Below are positions 17,624 to 26,541 of a DNA stretch of 49,871 nucleotides, piece by piece. Origin of the DNA: an uncultured Eubacteriales bacterium (GTDB taxonomy: Bacteria; Bacillota; Clostridia; Acetivibrionales; CAYWGM01); the NCBI GenBank assembly GCA_964457875.1, contig CAYWGM010000007.1, forward strand, positions 1 to 49,871, given 5' to 3'. Positions within the stretch are counted from its first letter, which is position 1. Every line of letters starts with the position of its first letter. Both the position numbers and the translations under genes were made by a program. The notes under the pieces are model-generated. The model was not told the origin of the DNA and made no database searches. It worked only from the letters and a program-made list of their open reading frames with translations.

Positions 17624-17691
17624 ATATATTGACTATTATAATTATAGGGCAGCTTAAATAGTTAGTCAATATATCAGCTAATATATCAGCT
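17624..17691. repeat. 12-bp inverted repeat (27-bp spacer) plus 2 x 12-nt tandem direct repeat; putative operator set
   Basis: ATATATTGACTA (17624-17635) and its exact reverse complement TAGTCAATATAT (17663-17674). AATATATCAGCT is repeated head-to-tail at 17668-17679 and 17680-17691. The right arm covers the -35 box of the minus-strand promoter. Confidence 0.7.
17641..17669 (-). promoter_or_regulatory. Near-consensus sigma-A promoter for the Phd-Uma2 gene
   Basis: Minus strand reads TTGACT (comp. 17669-17664), 17-nt spacer, TATAAT (comp. 17646-17641). Located about 35 nt upstream of the ATG at 17605. Confidence 0.5.
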
Positions 17692-17726
17692 GAATATTTT
17701 GATGTAGATGACCTTGCCGTTACATC

Positions 17727-17755
17727 TTGACTCTGTCAGGCGCGATATGTATGAT
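17727..17755 (+). promoter_or_regulatory. Putative sigma-A promoter of htpG
   Basis: TTGACT (17727-32), 17-nt spacer, TATGAT (17750-55). GGAGG RBS at ~17788-92 before ATG 17804. Confidence 0.5.
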
Positions 17756-17803
17756 TTAAATTGAAAGGTGTCATCAACAAGAAAACAGGAGGTTTGAAGA
17801 TTC

Positions 17804-19735
17804 ATGGACCGCGAGACCGGCAGTTTATCAATCAATACTGAGAATATCATGCCGATAATTAAAAAATGGCTGTATTCCGATCAGGATATCTTTGTGCGCG
17901 AACTGGTTTCAAATGCAAGCGACGCTATCACAAAGTTCAGGAAGCTGGCTGATATGGGCGAAGCGGAGGCAACTAGTGAAGAAAAGTATCATGTTAAAGT
18001 GATAGTGAACGCCGACGACAAGACCATCAGCTTCATTGACAATGGTATCGGCATGACCGGCGACGAAGTGCGCAGGTATATAAACCAGATCGCGTTTTCA
18101 GGCGCGCAGGATTTTATCGATAAATACAAGGATAAGATCGATGAAAAGGGCCAGATCATCGGACATTTCGGGCTTGGATTCTATTCCGCGTTCATGGTGT
18201 CGGAAAAGATCACAATAGATACTTTGTCATATCTCCCCGGTGCGCAGGCCGTAAGATGGACAAGCAAGGGAGGCACCGAATATGAGATGGAGGAGTCGGA
18301 CAGGAAAGAAAGAGGGACTGCCATCACATTGCACGTATCGCAGGACAGCCTGGAATTTATTGAAGAATTCAAGATGAGGGGGATCCTGCTCAAATACTGT
18401 AACTTTCTTCCGTATGAGATTTACTTTGAGGACGCGACGCAGGAGGCGCGAAAGAAGAAGGAAGGAGAAAAGGACGAAGACGACGGCGCTGATAAGCCTA
18501 TAAACGATACGTATCCGCTGTGGCTGAAAAACCCCAAGGATTGCACCGAACAGGAGTATAAGGATTTTTACAGGAAGGTGTTTTTGGACTTCAACGACCC
18601 GTTGTTCTGGATACATTTGAACATGGACTATCCTTTCAACCTCAAGGGCATCCTGTATTTCCCGAAGCTGAGGCATGAGTTCGAGACGGTGGAAGGACAG
18701 ATAAAACTGTACTACAATCAGATTTTTGTCGCCGATAATATTAAAGAAGTCATCCCCGAGTTCCTGATGCTGCTCAAAGGGACGATCGATTGCCCCGACC
18801 TGCCGCTCAACGTATCGAGGAGCTTCCTGCAGAACGACGCCAATGTGGCGAAGCTGTCTGCGCATATCACGAAGAAGGTCGCCGATAAGCTGACGTCGTT
18901 GTATGAGAGCGAGAGGGACAATTACAACAAGTACTGGGATGATATAAACCCGTTCGTCAAGTACGGCTGCATGAAGGAATCCAAGTTCTTCGACAAGGTT
19001 AAGGACATCGTTATATATAAATTGCTTGACGGCAGCTACGTGACGCTCAGGGAATACCTCGACAGGATGAGGGACAAGCATAAGGACAACGATAAGGATA
19101 AGGTTTACTATGTGACCGACCAGAAGCAGCAGGCGCAATATATCAGAATATTCAGGGAGCATGGGATGGAGGCCATCATATTGCCTTCTCTGATCGATAC
19201 GCATTTCATTCAGTTCCTTGAATATAAGGAGAGCGGTATAAAGTTCAGCCGCATCGACTCAGATATCTCGGACAGCCTGAAAGAAAAGGATTCTGACGGC
19301 GGCGCCGGTGACTCCCAAAAGCATGGGGCAGACGCCGAATCGCTCGGAGGCATATTCAAGGAAGCCATCGGAGACGACAAGCTTGAGATAAAAGTGGAGA
19401 ATCTTAAGAGCGCGGCGGTTCCGGCAATCATCGTATTGTCGGAGCATTCGCGCAGGATGAAGGATATGAGCAGGTTCTTCGGGGATATGGAAGGCAATGC
19501 GCCGTTCCCCGAAGAGAAGACGCTGGTGCTCAACAGCGGCAATGAGTTGATAAAAAGACTGGTCAGGCTCAACGGCATACAGGACAGAAAAGATGAAGTT
19601 ATGCTCATATGCTCGCATGTGTATGACCTTGCGCTGATGGGCCAGCGCCAGCTCGAGCCTGACGCTATGATGAAGTTCATAGACAGGAGCAATACGATAT
19701 TGTCAAAGCTTGCAGAAGAGGCGGAGGTAAGCTGA
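17804..19735 (+). CDS. htpG: Molecular chaperone HtpG (Hsp90)
   Basis: 643 aa. GHKL ATPase N-domain: IFVRELVSNASDA, DNGIGMT, IGHFGLGFYSAFMV. Middle domain: LPLNVSRSFLQ. Confidence 0.95.
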   Translation: MDRETGSLSINTENIMPIIKKWLYSDQDIFVRELVSNASDAITKFRKLADMGEAEATSEEKYHVKVIVNADDKTISFIDNGIGMTGDEVRRYINQIAFSGAQDFIDKYKDKIDEKGQIIGHFGLGFYSAFMVSEKITIDTLSYLPGAQAVRWTSKGGTEYEMEESDRKERGTAITLHVSQDSLEFIEEFKMRGILLKYCNFLPYEIYFEDATQEARKKKEGEKDEDDGADKPINDTYPLWLKNPKDCTEQEYKDFYRKVFLDFNDPLFWIHLNMDYPFNLKGILYFPKLRHEFETVEGQIKLYYNQIFVADNIKEVIPEFLMLLKGTIDCPDLPLNVSRSFLQNDANVAKLSAHITKKVADKLTSLYESERDNYNKYWDDINPFVKYGCMKESKFFDKVKDIVIYKLLDGSYVTLREYLDRMRDKHKDNDKDKVYYVTDQKQQAQYIRIFREHGMEAIILPSLIDTHFIQFLEYKESGIKFSRIDSDISDSLKEKDSDGGAGDSQKHGADAESLGGIFKEAIGDDKLEIKVENLKSAAVPAIIVLSEHSRRMKDMSRFFGDMEGNAPFPEEKTLVLNSGNELIKRLVRLNGIQDRKDEVMLICSHVYDLALMGQRQLEPDAMMKFIDRSNTILSKLAEEAEVS

Positions 19736-22700
19736 TGCCGGTAAGAAGGATATTAGTCGAAAAGAAAAAAGGCTATGATATTGAACCGCAGGAGCTGTAC
19801 CGGGACCTGAAGGAATACCTCGGAATCAGCGGGCTCGAATCGGTGAGGGTCGTCAACAGGTATGACGTGGAAGGGCTGAATGACGAAGCCTACGAAAGGT
19901 CGTTGCATACCATATTCTCCGAGCCGCCCGTAGATAACGTGTATGAAGAAAAGATGGAAATCGGCGCAGACGAGGCTATGTTTGCGATCGAGTACCTTCC
20001 GGGACAATACGACCAGAGGGCTGATTCGGCTTCGCAATGCATCCAGATCCTCACATGCGGCGAGAGGCCTGATGTACGCGTAGCCAGGCTTATCATACTC
20101 AAAGGCAAAATCACCGATGACGAGTTGTCAAGCGTAAAAAATTATTGCATCAATCCGGTCGAAAGCAGGGAAGCCGGGTTTGAAAAGCCAGCCAGCCTGA
20201 AGATGGAGATAGTCAATCCTCCCGATGTGCAGGTCGTTTCCGGATTTGTGGGTATGGACGACGCCGGGCTGGAGGAATTGGCTTCGGATATGGGATTTGC
20301 CATGCCGATAGATGACCTGCGTTTCTGCAGAGACCACTTTGCTTCGATCGAGCGCAGAGACCCGACTGTTACCGAGCTCAGGGTTATAGATACCTACTGG
20401 TCCGATCATTGCAGACATACAACGTTTCTTTCGAAGATTGAAAATGTAGAATTTGATGAAGGACATTTCCGTCCGCTTTTTGACGAAGCGTACGGTAAAT
20501 ATATTTCATCAAGGCAAAAATTATATGTAAATCTGAACCAAAACAAAATAAGAGATATGTCGCTCATGGATCTGGCGACCATTGCAGCCAAGGTCCTCCG
20601 CAAGGAAGGCAAGCTCGAAGACCTGGATACTTCTGATGAGATCAATGCCTGCAGCATAAAAGTCGATGCCGGTATCAACGGCCGGAGAGAAGAATGGCTG
20701 GTCATGTTCAAGAACGAGACGCATAACCATCCGACTGAGATAGAGCCGTTCGGCGGGGCTGCGACATGCCTCGGCGGCGCGATAAGGGATCCGTTGTCCG
20801 GACGCGCATATGTCTATCAGGCCATGCGTGTGACGGGAAGCGGCGATCCGCGTCTCGGACTTGACCGCACGCTGCCAGGAAAACTGCCGCAGAGGAAGAT
20901 AACCACCGGCGCTGCCGCCGGGTACAGCTCTTACGGCAATCAGATCGGGCTTTCGACGGGCCAGGTGGCCGAGCTTTATGACGAGGGGTTTGTTGCCAAG
21001 AGGATGGAGATCGGAGCGGTCATCGCAGCTGCGCCGACAGGCAATGTGCTTAGAGAGAAGCCTTTGCCCGGTGATGTCGTTATATTACTCGGCGGAAGGA
21101 CGGGCCGCGACGGATGTGGCGGCGCGACAGGTTCTTCTAAAGAGCATGACGAGAATTCACTTGCCAACTGCGGCGCTGAAGTGCAGAAGGGGAATCCTCC
21201 CACAGAGCGCAAAATTCAGAGGCTTTTCAGGAAAAAGGAAGTTAGCGTTCTGATCAAGAAATGCAACGATTTCGGCGCTGGCGGTGTTTCGGTCGCCATA
21301 GGGGAGCTTGCCGACGGCCTGGATATAAACTTGGACGCGGTACCTAAAAAATATGAAGGACTGGATGGGACCGAACTGGCCATCTCCGAATCGCAGGAGA
21401 GGATGGCCGTCGTAGTTGCCGCTGAAGACGCCCCCAAATTCATATCTTTTGCGGCGGAAGAAAACCTCGAAGCCACCCCCGTTGCGGTAGTGAACGGCAA
21501 AGGCCGGCTCAGGATGAATTGGCGCGGCAAGACCATCGTCGACCTGAGCAGGGAGTTCCTCGATACCAACGGCGTCAAGCAGCATGTAACCATAAAAACA
21601 GCGCTTCCGGACGCAAATACCGGTATTTTCGCTCATACTGCCGCAGGCGGCAGAAATTCCGGCGGTAATGATATAAAAACTATGTGGTCCCAAAACCTTA
21701 GGCAGCTGAATGTGTGCAGCCAGAAGGGGCTGGTTGAGAGATTCGACAGTACCATAGGCGCAGGCACGGTCCTCATGCCTTTCGGGGGCAAATACCAGCT
21801 TACGCCGCAGGAAGGTATGGCGGCAATGCTGCCTGTAGTTGATAAATCAACGGAAACAGCCACCCTGATGACATACGGGTATAACCCTGAGATAGGCGCA
21901 TGGAGCCCCTTCCACGGGGCTGTATACTCTATAGTCGAATCAGTTGCAAAGATAGCAGCTATGGGCGGCGATTTTTCGAAGATAAGATTCACTTTTCAGG
22001 AGTATTTTGAGAAGCTTGGGATGGATCCATATAAATGGGGCAAGCCTTTTTCTGCGCTTTTAGGCGCGTTATTAACGCAATTGTCCCTTGATATCCCTTC
22101 CATCGGCGGAAAAGACAGCATGTCGGGCACCTTCAAGGACTTGAACGTGCCGCCTACGCTCGTCTCTTTTGCGGTTGCGCCTGTTATTGCCGCAAATGTG
22201 GTCTCGGCTGAGTTTAAAAATACAGACACTATCGCAGTGTTGCTGCCTGTGCGGATCGATAAGTATATGATGCCTGATTTTGGCCAGATGAAGGCCAATT
22301 ATTCACGCGTATTCGAACTTGTTGCAAGAGGCAGGATACTCGCCGCCCATTCGGTCAGGAACGGCGGTATATCAGAGGCCATTAGCAAGATGTGCTTCGG
22401 CAATATGATCGGATTCGAGTTCAGCGGATATATCAGGCAGGATGATTTGTTCAAACCCGGATATGGTTCGTTGATTCTTGAGGTCCGTTCGGGTGAAGAT
22501 GTCGGAAGATTGTTTGGTGGTGTTGAATATCAGGTACTTGGCAAGACGACCATGCTGCCGACCATCACCGTGAGAGGAGTCAGTCTTGATCTGGCTGATA
22601 TCCTGAGCGATTGGGAGCAGCCGCTCGAAAAAGTCTTCCCGACGATGCGGGCATCCGAAGTGGCAAACCGACCGATTAAAACTGATATGGCTGTTGGAGC

Positions 22701-23559
22701 AGATGATAGTGAAAAAACCAGCAAGGTTAATAAAACAGGCAGAGTCGCACTGCTGGACGCAAGGCCGCGGATATTCATTCCCGTATTCCCGGGGACCAAC
22801 TGCGAATATGATACCGCGCAGCTTTGCGAAAAAGCAGGCGGAACCGCCGACGTGTTCATAGTCAGGAACCTGACTCCGCGCGATATGGAAGACACGATCA
22901 GCGAGATGGCGCGTCGGATCGCCGATTCCCAGATGATAATCATCCCCGGAGGGTTCAGCGGGGGCGACGAGCCTGACGGCTCGGGCAAATTCATAGCAAC
23001 TGCATTCCGCAATCCATATGTCGCCGAAGCCATCACCGATCTTCTTAACAGGCGCGACGGGCTTATCCTTGGCATATGCAACGGGTTCCAGGCGCTGATA
23101 AAGCTCGGTCTGGTTCCGTACGGTGAAATACGGGATATGGATGAAAACAGCCCGACACTGACGTACAATGCCATAGGGCGGCATATGTCATGCATGGTGA
23201 GGACGAAGGTCGTATCAAAGCTGTCGCCGTGGCTGGCATACGCAGAACCCGGCGAGATCCACTGCGTTCCTGTGTCCCATGGGGAAGGCCGCTTCATTGC
23301 GACAGAGGACGATATTTCCAAGATGTTCGCCAGTCATCAAGTGGCAACCCAATATGTCGATTTTGACGGCAATCCTTCGGCTGATATCCGTTTCAATCCG
23401 AACGGTTCCATGATGGCCGTAGAAGGCATAACGAGCCCCGACGGCAGGGTGTTCGGTAAGATGGCCCATTCGGAACGGGTGAGGCAGGGCATCCTGAAGA
23501 ATGTGCCCGGGAATAAGGATCAGAAGCTGTTCCAGGCCGGAGTGGACTATTTCAGGTAA
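19735..23559 (+). CDS. purL: Phosphoribosylformylglycinamidine (FGAM) synthase, single-chain large form
   Basis: 1274 aa. Contains ETHNHPTEIEPFGGAATCLGGAIRD and a C-terminal glutaminase domain (GICNGFQAL...SHGEGRF). The ATG shares its A with the htpG TGA (TGATG), with GGAGG 7 nt upstream. Confidence 0.95.
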   Translation: MPVRRILVEKKKGYDIEPQELYRDLKEYLGISGLESVRVVNRYDVEGLNDEAYERSLHTIFSEPPVDNVYEEKMEIGADEAMFAIEYLPGQYDQRADSASQCIQILTCGERPDVRVARLIILKGKITDDELSSVKNYCINPVESREAGFEKPASLKMEIVNPPDVQVVSGFVGMDDAGLEELASDMGFAMPIDDLRFCRDHFASIERRDPTVTELRVIDTYWSDHCRHTTFLSKIENVEFDEGHFRPLFDEAYGKYISSRQKLYVNLNQNKIRDMSLMDLATIAAKVLRKEGKLEDLDTSDEINACSIKVDAGINGRREEWLVMFKNETHNHPTEIEPFGGAATCLGGAIRDPLSGRAYVYQAMRVTGSGDPRLGLDRTLPGKLPQRKITTGAAAGYSSYGNQIGLSTGQVAELYDEGFVAKRMEIGAVIAAAPTGNVLREKPLPGDVVILLGGRTGRDGCGGATGSSKEHDENSLANCGAEVQKGNPPTERKIQRLFRKKEVSVLIKKCNDFGAGGVSVAIGELADGLDINLDAVPKKYEGLDGTELAISESQERMAVVVAAEDAPKFISFAAEENLEATPVAVVNGKGRLRMNWRGKTIVDLSREFLDTNGVKQHVTIKTALPDANTGIFAHTAAGGRNSGGNDIKTMWSQNLRQLNVCSQKGLVERFDSTIGAGTVLMPFGGKYQLTPQEGMAAMLPVVDKSTETATLMTYGYNPEIGAWSPFHGAVYSIVESVAKIAAMGGDFSKIRFTFQEYFEKLGMDPYKWGKPFSALLGALLTQLSLDIPSIGGKDSMSGTFKDLNVPPTLVSFAVAPVIAANVVSAEFKNTDTIAVLLPVRIDKYMMPDFGQMKANYSRVFELVARGRILAAHSVRNGGISEAISKMCFGNMIGFEFSGYIRQDDLFKPGYGSLILEVRSGEDVGRLFGGVEYQVLGKTTMLPTITVRGVSLDLADILSDWEQPLEKVFPTMRASEVANRPIKTDMAVGADDSEKTSKVNKTGRVALLDARPRIFIPVFPGTNCEYDTAQLCEKAGGTADVFIVRNLTPRDMEDTISEMARRIADSQMIIIPGGFSGGDEPDGSGKFIATAFRNPYVAEAITDLLNRRDGLILGICNGFQALIKLGLVPYGEIRDMDENSPTLTYNAIGRHMSCMVRTKVVSKLSPWLAYAEPGEIHCVPVSHGEGRFIATEDDISKMFASHQVATQYVDFDGNPSADIRFNPNGSMMAVEGITSPDGRVFGKMAHSERVRQGILKNVPGNKDQKLFQAGVDYFR

Positions 23560-23589
23560 ATTGTCGGATGCAGAATAAGGAGCTGTATA

Positions 23590-24879
23590 ATGGAAATATT
23601 AGCCGCATATGATAACGTGCCGCTATCCGCAGAGGAAATAAAAGATGCGGCGCTGAAATCCATTGATGCAATAAAACCCTTCAAAGGCAAGGTATTGCTG
23701 TTGCCGCCCGATATCAGCAGGATAAATTCGGGCGCAGGTAAGATAACTTCGATATATTATAACGCCTTGAAAGATAGGTTCAGGATCGATGTCATGCCGG
23801 CCCTGGGTACGCATCTTCCGATGCGCAGCGATGAGATAATCGAGATGTTCGGCAATGATATCCCGACAGAGCGTTTTGTGGCGCATGATTGGCGCAATGA
23901 TACCGTCAGAGTGGGGACAGTACCGGGTGACTTCATCAACAGAGTTTCCGGCGGACTTCTTGATTATCCTATTGAAATCGCGATAAATAAGCGGTTGATA
24001 AACAACGAATACGACCTTGTCATATCGATAGGCCAGGTGGTTCCGCATGAAGTGGCCGGAATGGCGAATTATTCGAAGAATATCCTGGTGGGCTGCGGCG
24101 GATTTGACATTATAAACAAGACTCACTTCCTCGGCGCAGTCTGCGGGATAGAAAGCATACTCGGCAACGACAGGACGCCGGTGCGAAAGGTCTTTGATTA
24201 TGCCGAGGAGGAATTCCTGAAGGATATACCCATAATGTATGTCATGACGGTGATGTCATGCGTATCGGGGAAGCCGCAGTGCGACGGCCTTTTCATCGGC
24301 AGGGAGCGCAAGGTGTACGAGGCTGCCGCACATCTGAGCATGAAAAGGAATATTACATATGTGGACAAGCCATTAAAAAAAGTGGTGGCTTTTCTGTCGG
24401 AAAAAGAATTCAAGAGCACCTGGGTGGGCAACAAGGCCGTATACAGGACAAGGAAGGCTATTGCCGACGGCGAGGAGCTTGTAATCCTTGCGCCGGGGGT
24501 CGGATGCTTCGGCGAAGACCGCGTATTTGACCAATTGATAAGGAAATATGGTTATGTGGGCAGGGACAAAGTACTCAAGCTGTGCAGGGAGAACAGCGAT
24601 CTATCCTCCAACCTGTCGGCGGCAGCCCATCTTATACATGGCTCGAGCGACGGCAGGTTCACAGTTACATATGCGGTGCAGAATCTGACGAGGCAAGACA
24701 TGGAATCGGTAAACTATAAATTCATTTCATATGACGAAGCAACGCGCAAATACGATCCTTGCAAGCTAAAAGAAGGATTCAACAAGCTGGACGACGGCGA
24801 AGAGATATACTTTATAAACAATCCGGCGGCAGGCTTGTGGGCTGTGGGCGCGAAATCGAGTGCCTCGAGTATTAAATAG
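23590..24879 (+). CDS. LarA-family / DUF2088 (lactate racemase N-domain) protein, divergent paralogue
   Basis: 429 aa. Motifs LLLPPDISRINSGAG (cf. SDxTRP), PALGTHLPM (cf. GxHR), GQVVPHEVAGMANYSKNILVG (cf. HFFAGFSGGxK). Substrate unknown. Confidence 0.65.
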   Translation: MEILAAYDNVPLSAEEIKDAALKSIDAIKPFKGKVLLLPPDISRINSGAGKITSIYYNALKDRFRIDVMPALGTHLPMRSDEIIEMFGNDIPTERFVAHDWRNDTVRVGTVPGDFINRVSGGLLDYPIEIAINKRLINNEYDLVISIGQVVPHEVAGMANYSKNILVGCGGFDIINKTHFLGAVCGIESILGNDRTPVRKVFDYAEEEFLKDIPIMYVMTVMSCVSGKPQCDGLFIGRERKVYEAAAHLSMKRNITYVDKPLKKVVAFLSEKEFKSTWVGNKAVYRTRKAIADGEELVILAPGVGCFGEDRVFDQLIRKYGYVGRDKVLKLCRENSDLSSNLSAAAHLIHGSSDGRFTVTYAVQNLTRQDMESVNYKFISYDEATRKYDPCKLKEGFNKLDDGEEIYFINNPAAGLWAVGAKSSASSIK

Positions 24880-24901
24880 GTTAGAAATGGAGCAGCCACC
24901 T

Positions 24902-25390
24902 ATGTATAAAAAGAACCTGTGTGTTTATGAAATGCTTGAAAAACTGGGATTGATACTACCTCCGGCGCCGCAGGCAGTAGGGCTTTATTCGCCCGTAAAA
25001 CAATCGGGCAACCTGCTTTATGTATCCGGACAAGGCTTCATCAGAGACGGGAAGGCATTGATACAAGGCAAAGCCGGCTCGGACGTGTCTTTGGAGCAGG
25101 CGCAGGAAGCTGCCAGAGGAGCCGCGCTTAATATGCTGAGCGTGTTGGATAAATACACAAGTGATCTCAATAGGATTGGCAGCGTTGTCAAACTGCTTGG
25201 ATTCATAGCCAGCGCTCCGGGCTTCAATAATCAGCCTAAAGTCCTGAATGCTGCGTCACAGCTCTTTATCGACCTGTTCGGCGAGGCTGGCAGGGCGGCA
25301 CGATCGGCCGTCGGCGTAAATGAGCTTCCGCTCAATCTGACCGTCGAACTGGAAGGGATATTTGAGCTCTTAGGGGGTTGTAGGATTTGA
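24902..25390 (+). CDS. RidA/YjgF-family protein
   Basis: ORF 24860..25390. Likely start is ATG 24902 (GGAG 9 nt upstream) or ATG 24887. LPPAPQAVGLYSPVKQSGNLLYVSGQG...VGVNELPLNLTVELEGIFE is typical of RidA-family subgroups. Confidence 0.85.
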   Translation: MYKKNLCVYEMLEKLGLILPPAPQAVGLYSPVKQSGNLLYVSGQGFIRDGKALIQGKAGSDVSLEQAQEAARGAALNMLSVLDKYTSDLNRIGSVVKLLGFIASAPGFNNQPKVLNAASQLFIDLFGEAGRAARSAVGVNELPLNLTVELEGIFELLGGCRI

Positions 25391-25428
25391 AATCTGATTC
25401 TAGTAGTAAAGCTGAATATAAGAAGAGA

Positions 25429-26331
25429 ATGGTTCACCTGAAAGGCGGATTTTCCGAGAGAAAAGGTATTACTGATTTTAGTAAAAAGATTCAGATTAAT
25501 TCACTTGATACAAGAACAAGGAATTATATCGTTAATTTCCTTGGTGATTTTATACCAGAAATGCTGAGAGTAGATAAGACGGAAAGCTATAAGGGTGATA
25601 GGGTACAAGGGTATAAAGGTTTTATTAAATACTTGTATACAGACATATTTTCCAAAACGTTGGGCGACATTCCGATTAAATTTGGGGTCTATGATGAGCC
25701 TTGGATCGTATACCAGCAAGTTGAAAGAGATATTTATGTAGTGGTTGAGACAGGTAGCTATGATGAAGTGTTTGACTTATTGATTGCAATAAACCAATAC
25801 CTCTTAAGATTATATAATATATCAAACCCTTTTAAGATGAGAATCAATTCAATATTTGAACGTGAAGGAGTAATGTATAGATTTGTTGGCGAAACGATAA
25901 CTGACATTACAAATGAAAGCGAAATAAATGAAATTAACGAAGCCTTAAGTTATAACGATGATAGTTGCACACAACATTTATTAAAGGCAATTGGATACTT
26001 ATATAACCGAGAGAAGCCGGATTATGAAAATAGTGTAAAAGAATCAATTTCTGCTGTTGAAGCTTTATGTAATATTATTACTGGCAGCAAAGATTCGTTA
26101 GGCAAAGCATTATATAGATTAACAACGTTAGGTATTAAAATACATCCTTGTATGGAAAATGCTTTTGAAAAGCTTTATGGGTACACATCCGATGAAGCTG
26201 GAATTCGACACGCCAGTGGGCTTGATTTAAGGACCACATTTGCTGAAGCAAAATTTATGCTTGTATGTTGTTCAGCTTTTGTAAATTATTTAAGGGATAT
26301 ATCCGTTAAGTGTTCGGAAGGTAAGGCATAG
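25429..26331 (+). CDS. AbiJ-like abortive-infection-type protein (AbiJ_NTD4-like N-domain + Abi_C/HEPN-like C-domain)
   Basis: ORF 25387..26331. TTG 25387 overlaps the ridA TGA; the first ATG is 25429. The N-terminus FSERKGITDFSKKIQINSLDTRTRNYIVNFL resembles the FSxRxG...IQIDSMDxxLRN start of AbiJ_NTD4 proteins. The C-terminus has KLYGYTSDEAGIRHA. Hand counts of 60-nt lines give ~22-30 % GC, against ~65 % in the adjacent ridA 3' end. Confidence 0.55.
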   Translation: MVHLKGGFSERKGITDFSKKIQINSLDTRTRNYIVNFLGDFIPEMLRVDKTESYKGDRVQGYKGFIKYLYTDIFSKTLGDIPIKFGVYDEPWIVYQQVERDIYVVVETGSYDEVFDLLIAINQYLLRLYNISNPFKMRINSIFEREGVMYRFVGETITDITNESEINEINEALSYNDDSCTQHLLKAIGYLYNREKPDYENSVKESISAVEALCNIITGSKDSLGKALYRLTTLGIKIHPCMENAFEKLYGYTSDEAGIRHASGLDLRTTFAEAKFMLVCCSAFVNYLRDISVKCSEGKA

Positions 26332-26447
26332 TAATTTATTATCACAATGTGATGAAGCATTATTAGAGGTATACGTCAAATTCTATGAGTATGAACATAT
26401 CGTGAATCAACCTGCCAATAAGGGTAAAAAGTGCTCGCGATGCAAAT

Positions 26448-26513
26448 ACGTGAGTAATTAATTTATAATTTTACTCACGTTATATTGATGTGAGTAAAAT
26501 TGTCATATATAAT
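26448..26513 (+). promoter_or_regulatory. fic promoter with hairpin/operator-like GTGAGTAA boxes
   Basis: ACGTGAGTAA (26448-57) and TTACTCACGT (26471-80) form a 10-bp inverted repeat. A third GTGAGTAA lies at 26490-97. TTGATG (26485-90), 17-nt spacer, TATAAT (26508-13). The palindrome TCATAT-ATA-ATATGA overlaps the -10. Confidence 0.45.
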
Positions 26514-26541
26514 ATGACTTGAAAGCGAGGAAGATCATATT

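Noticed and set aside
17620-17800. Heat-shock operators (CIRCE TTAGCACTC-N9-GAGTGCTAA, CtsR GGTCAAA repeats) upstream of htpG
   Set aside because: No CIRCE sequence is present. AGTCAAT...TCAGCTA matches only one half-site of the CtsR consensus. The repeats are better explained as operators of the divergent Phd-Uma2 gene.
18227-19204. 325-aa minus-strand ORF inside htpG
   Set aside because: Its length is striking, but it is perfectly nested antisense to the conserved HtpG middle domain. It has a low-complexity L/V/R/I-rich sequence and no promoter or RBS. I treat it as a codon-bias artefact. Only strand-specific ribosome profiling could revive it.
22372-23321. Two overlapping 263-270-aa minus-strand ORFs inside purL
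   Set aside because: Both are antisense to the PurL glutaminase region, in two different frames. They are shadow ORFs.
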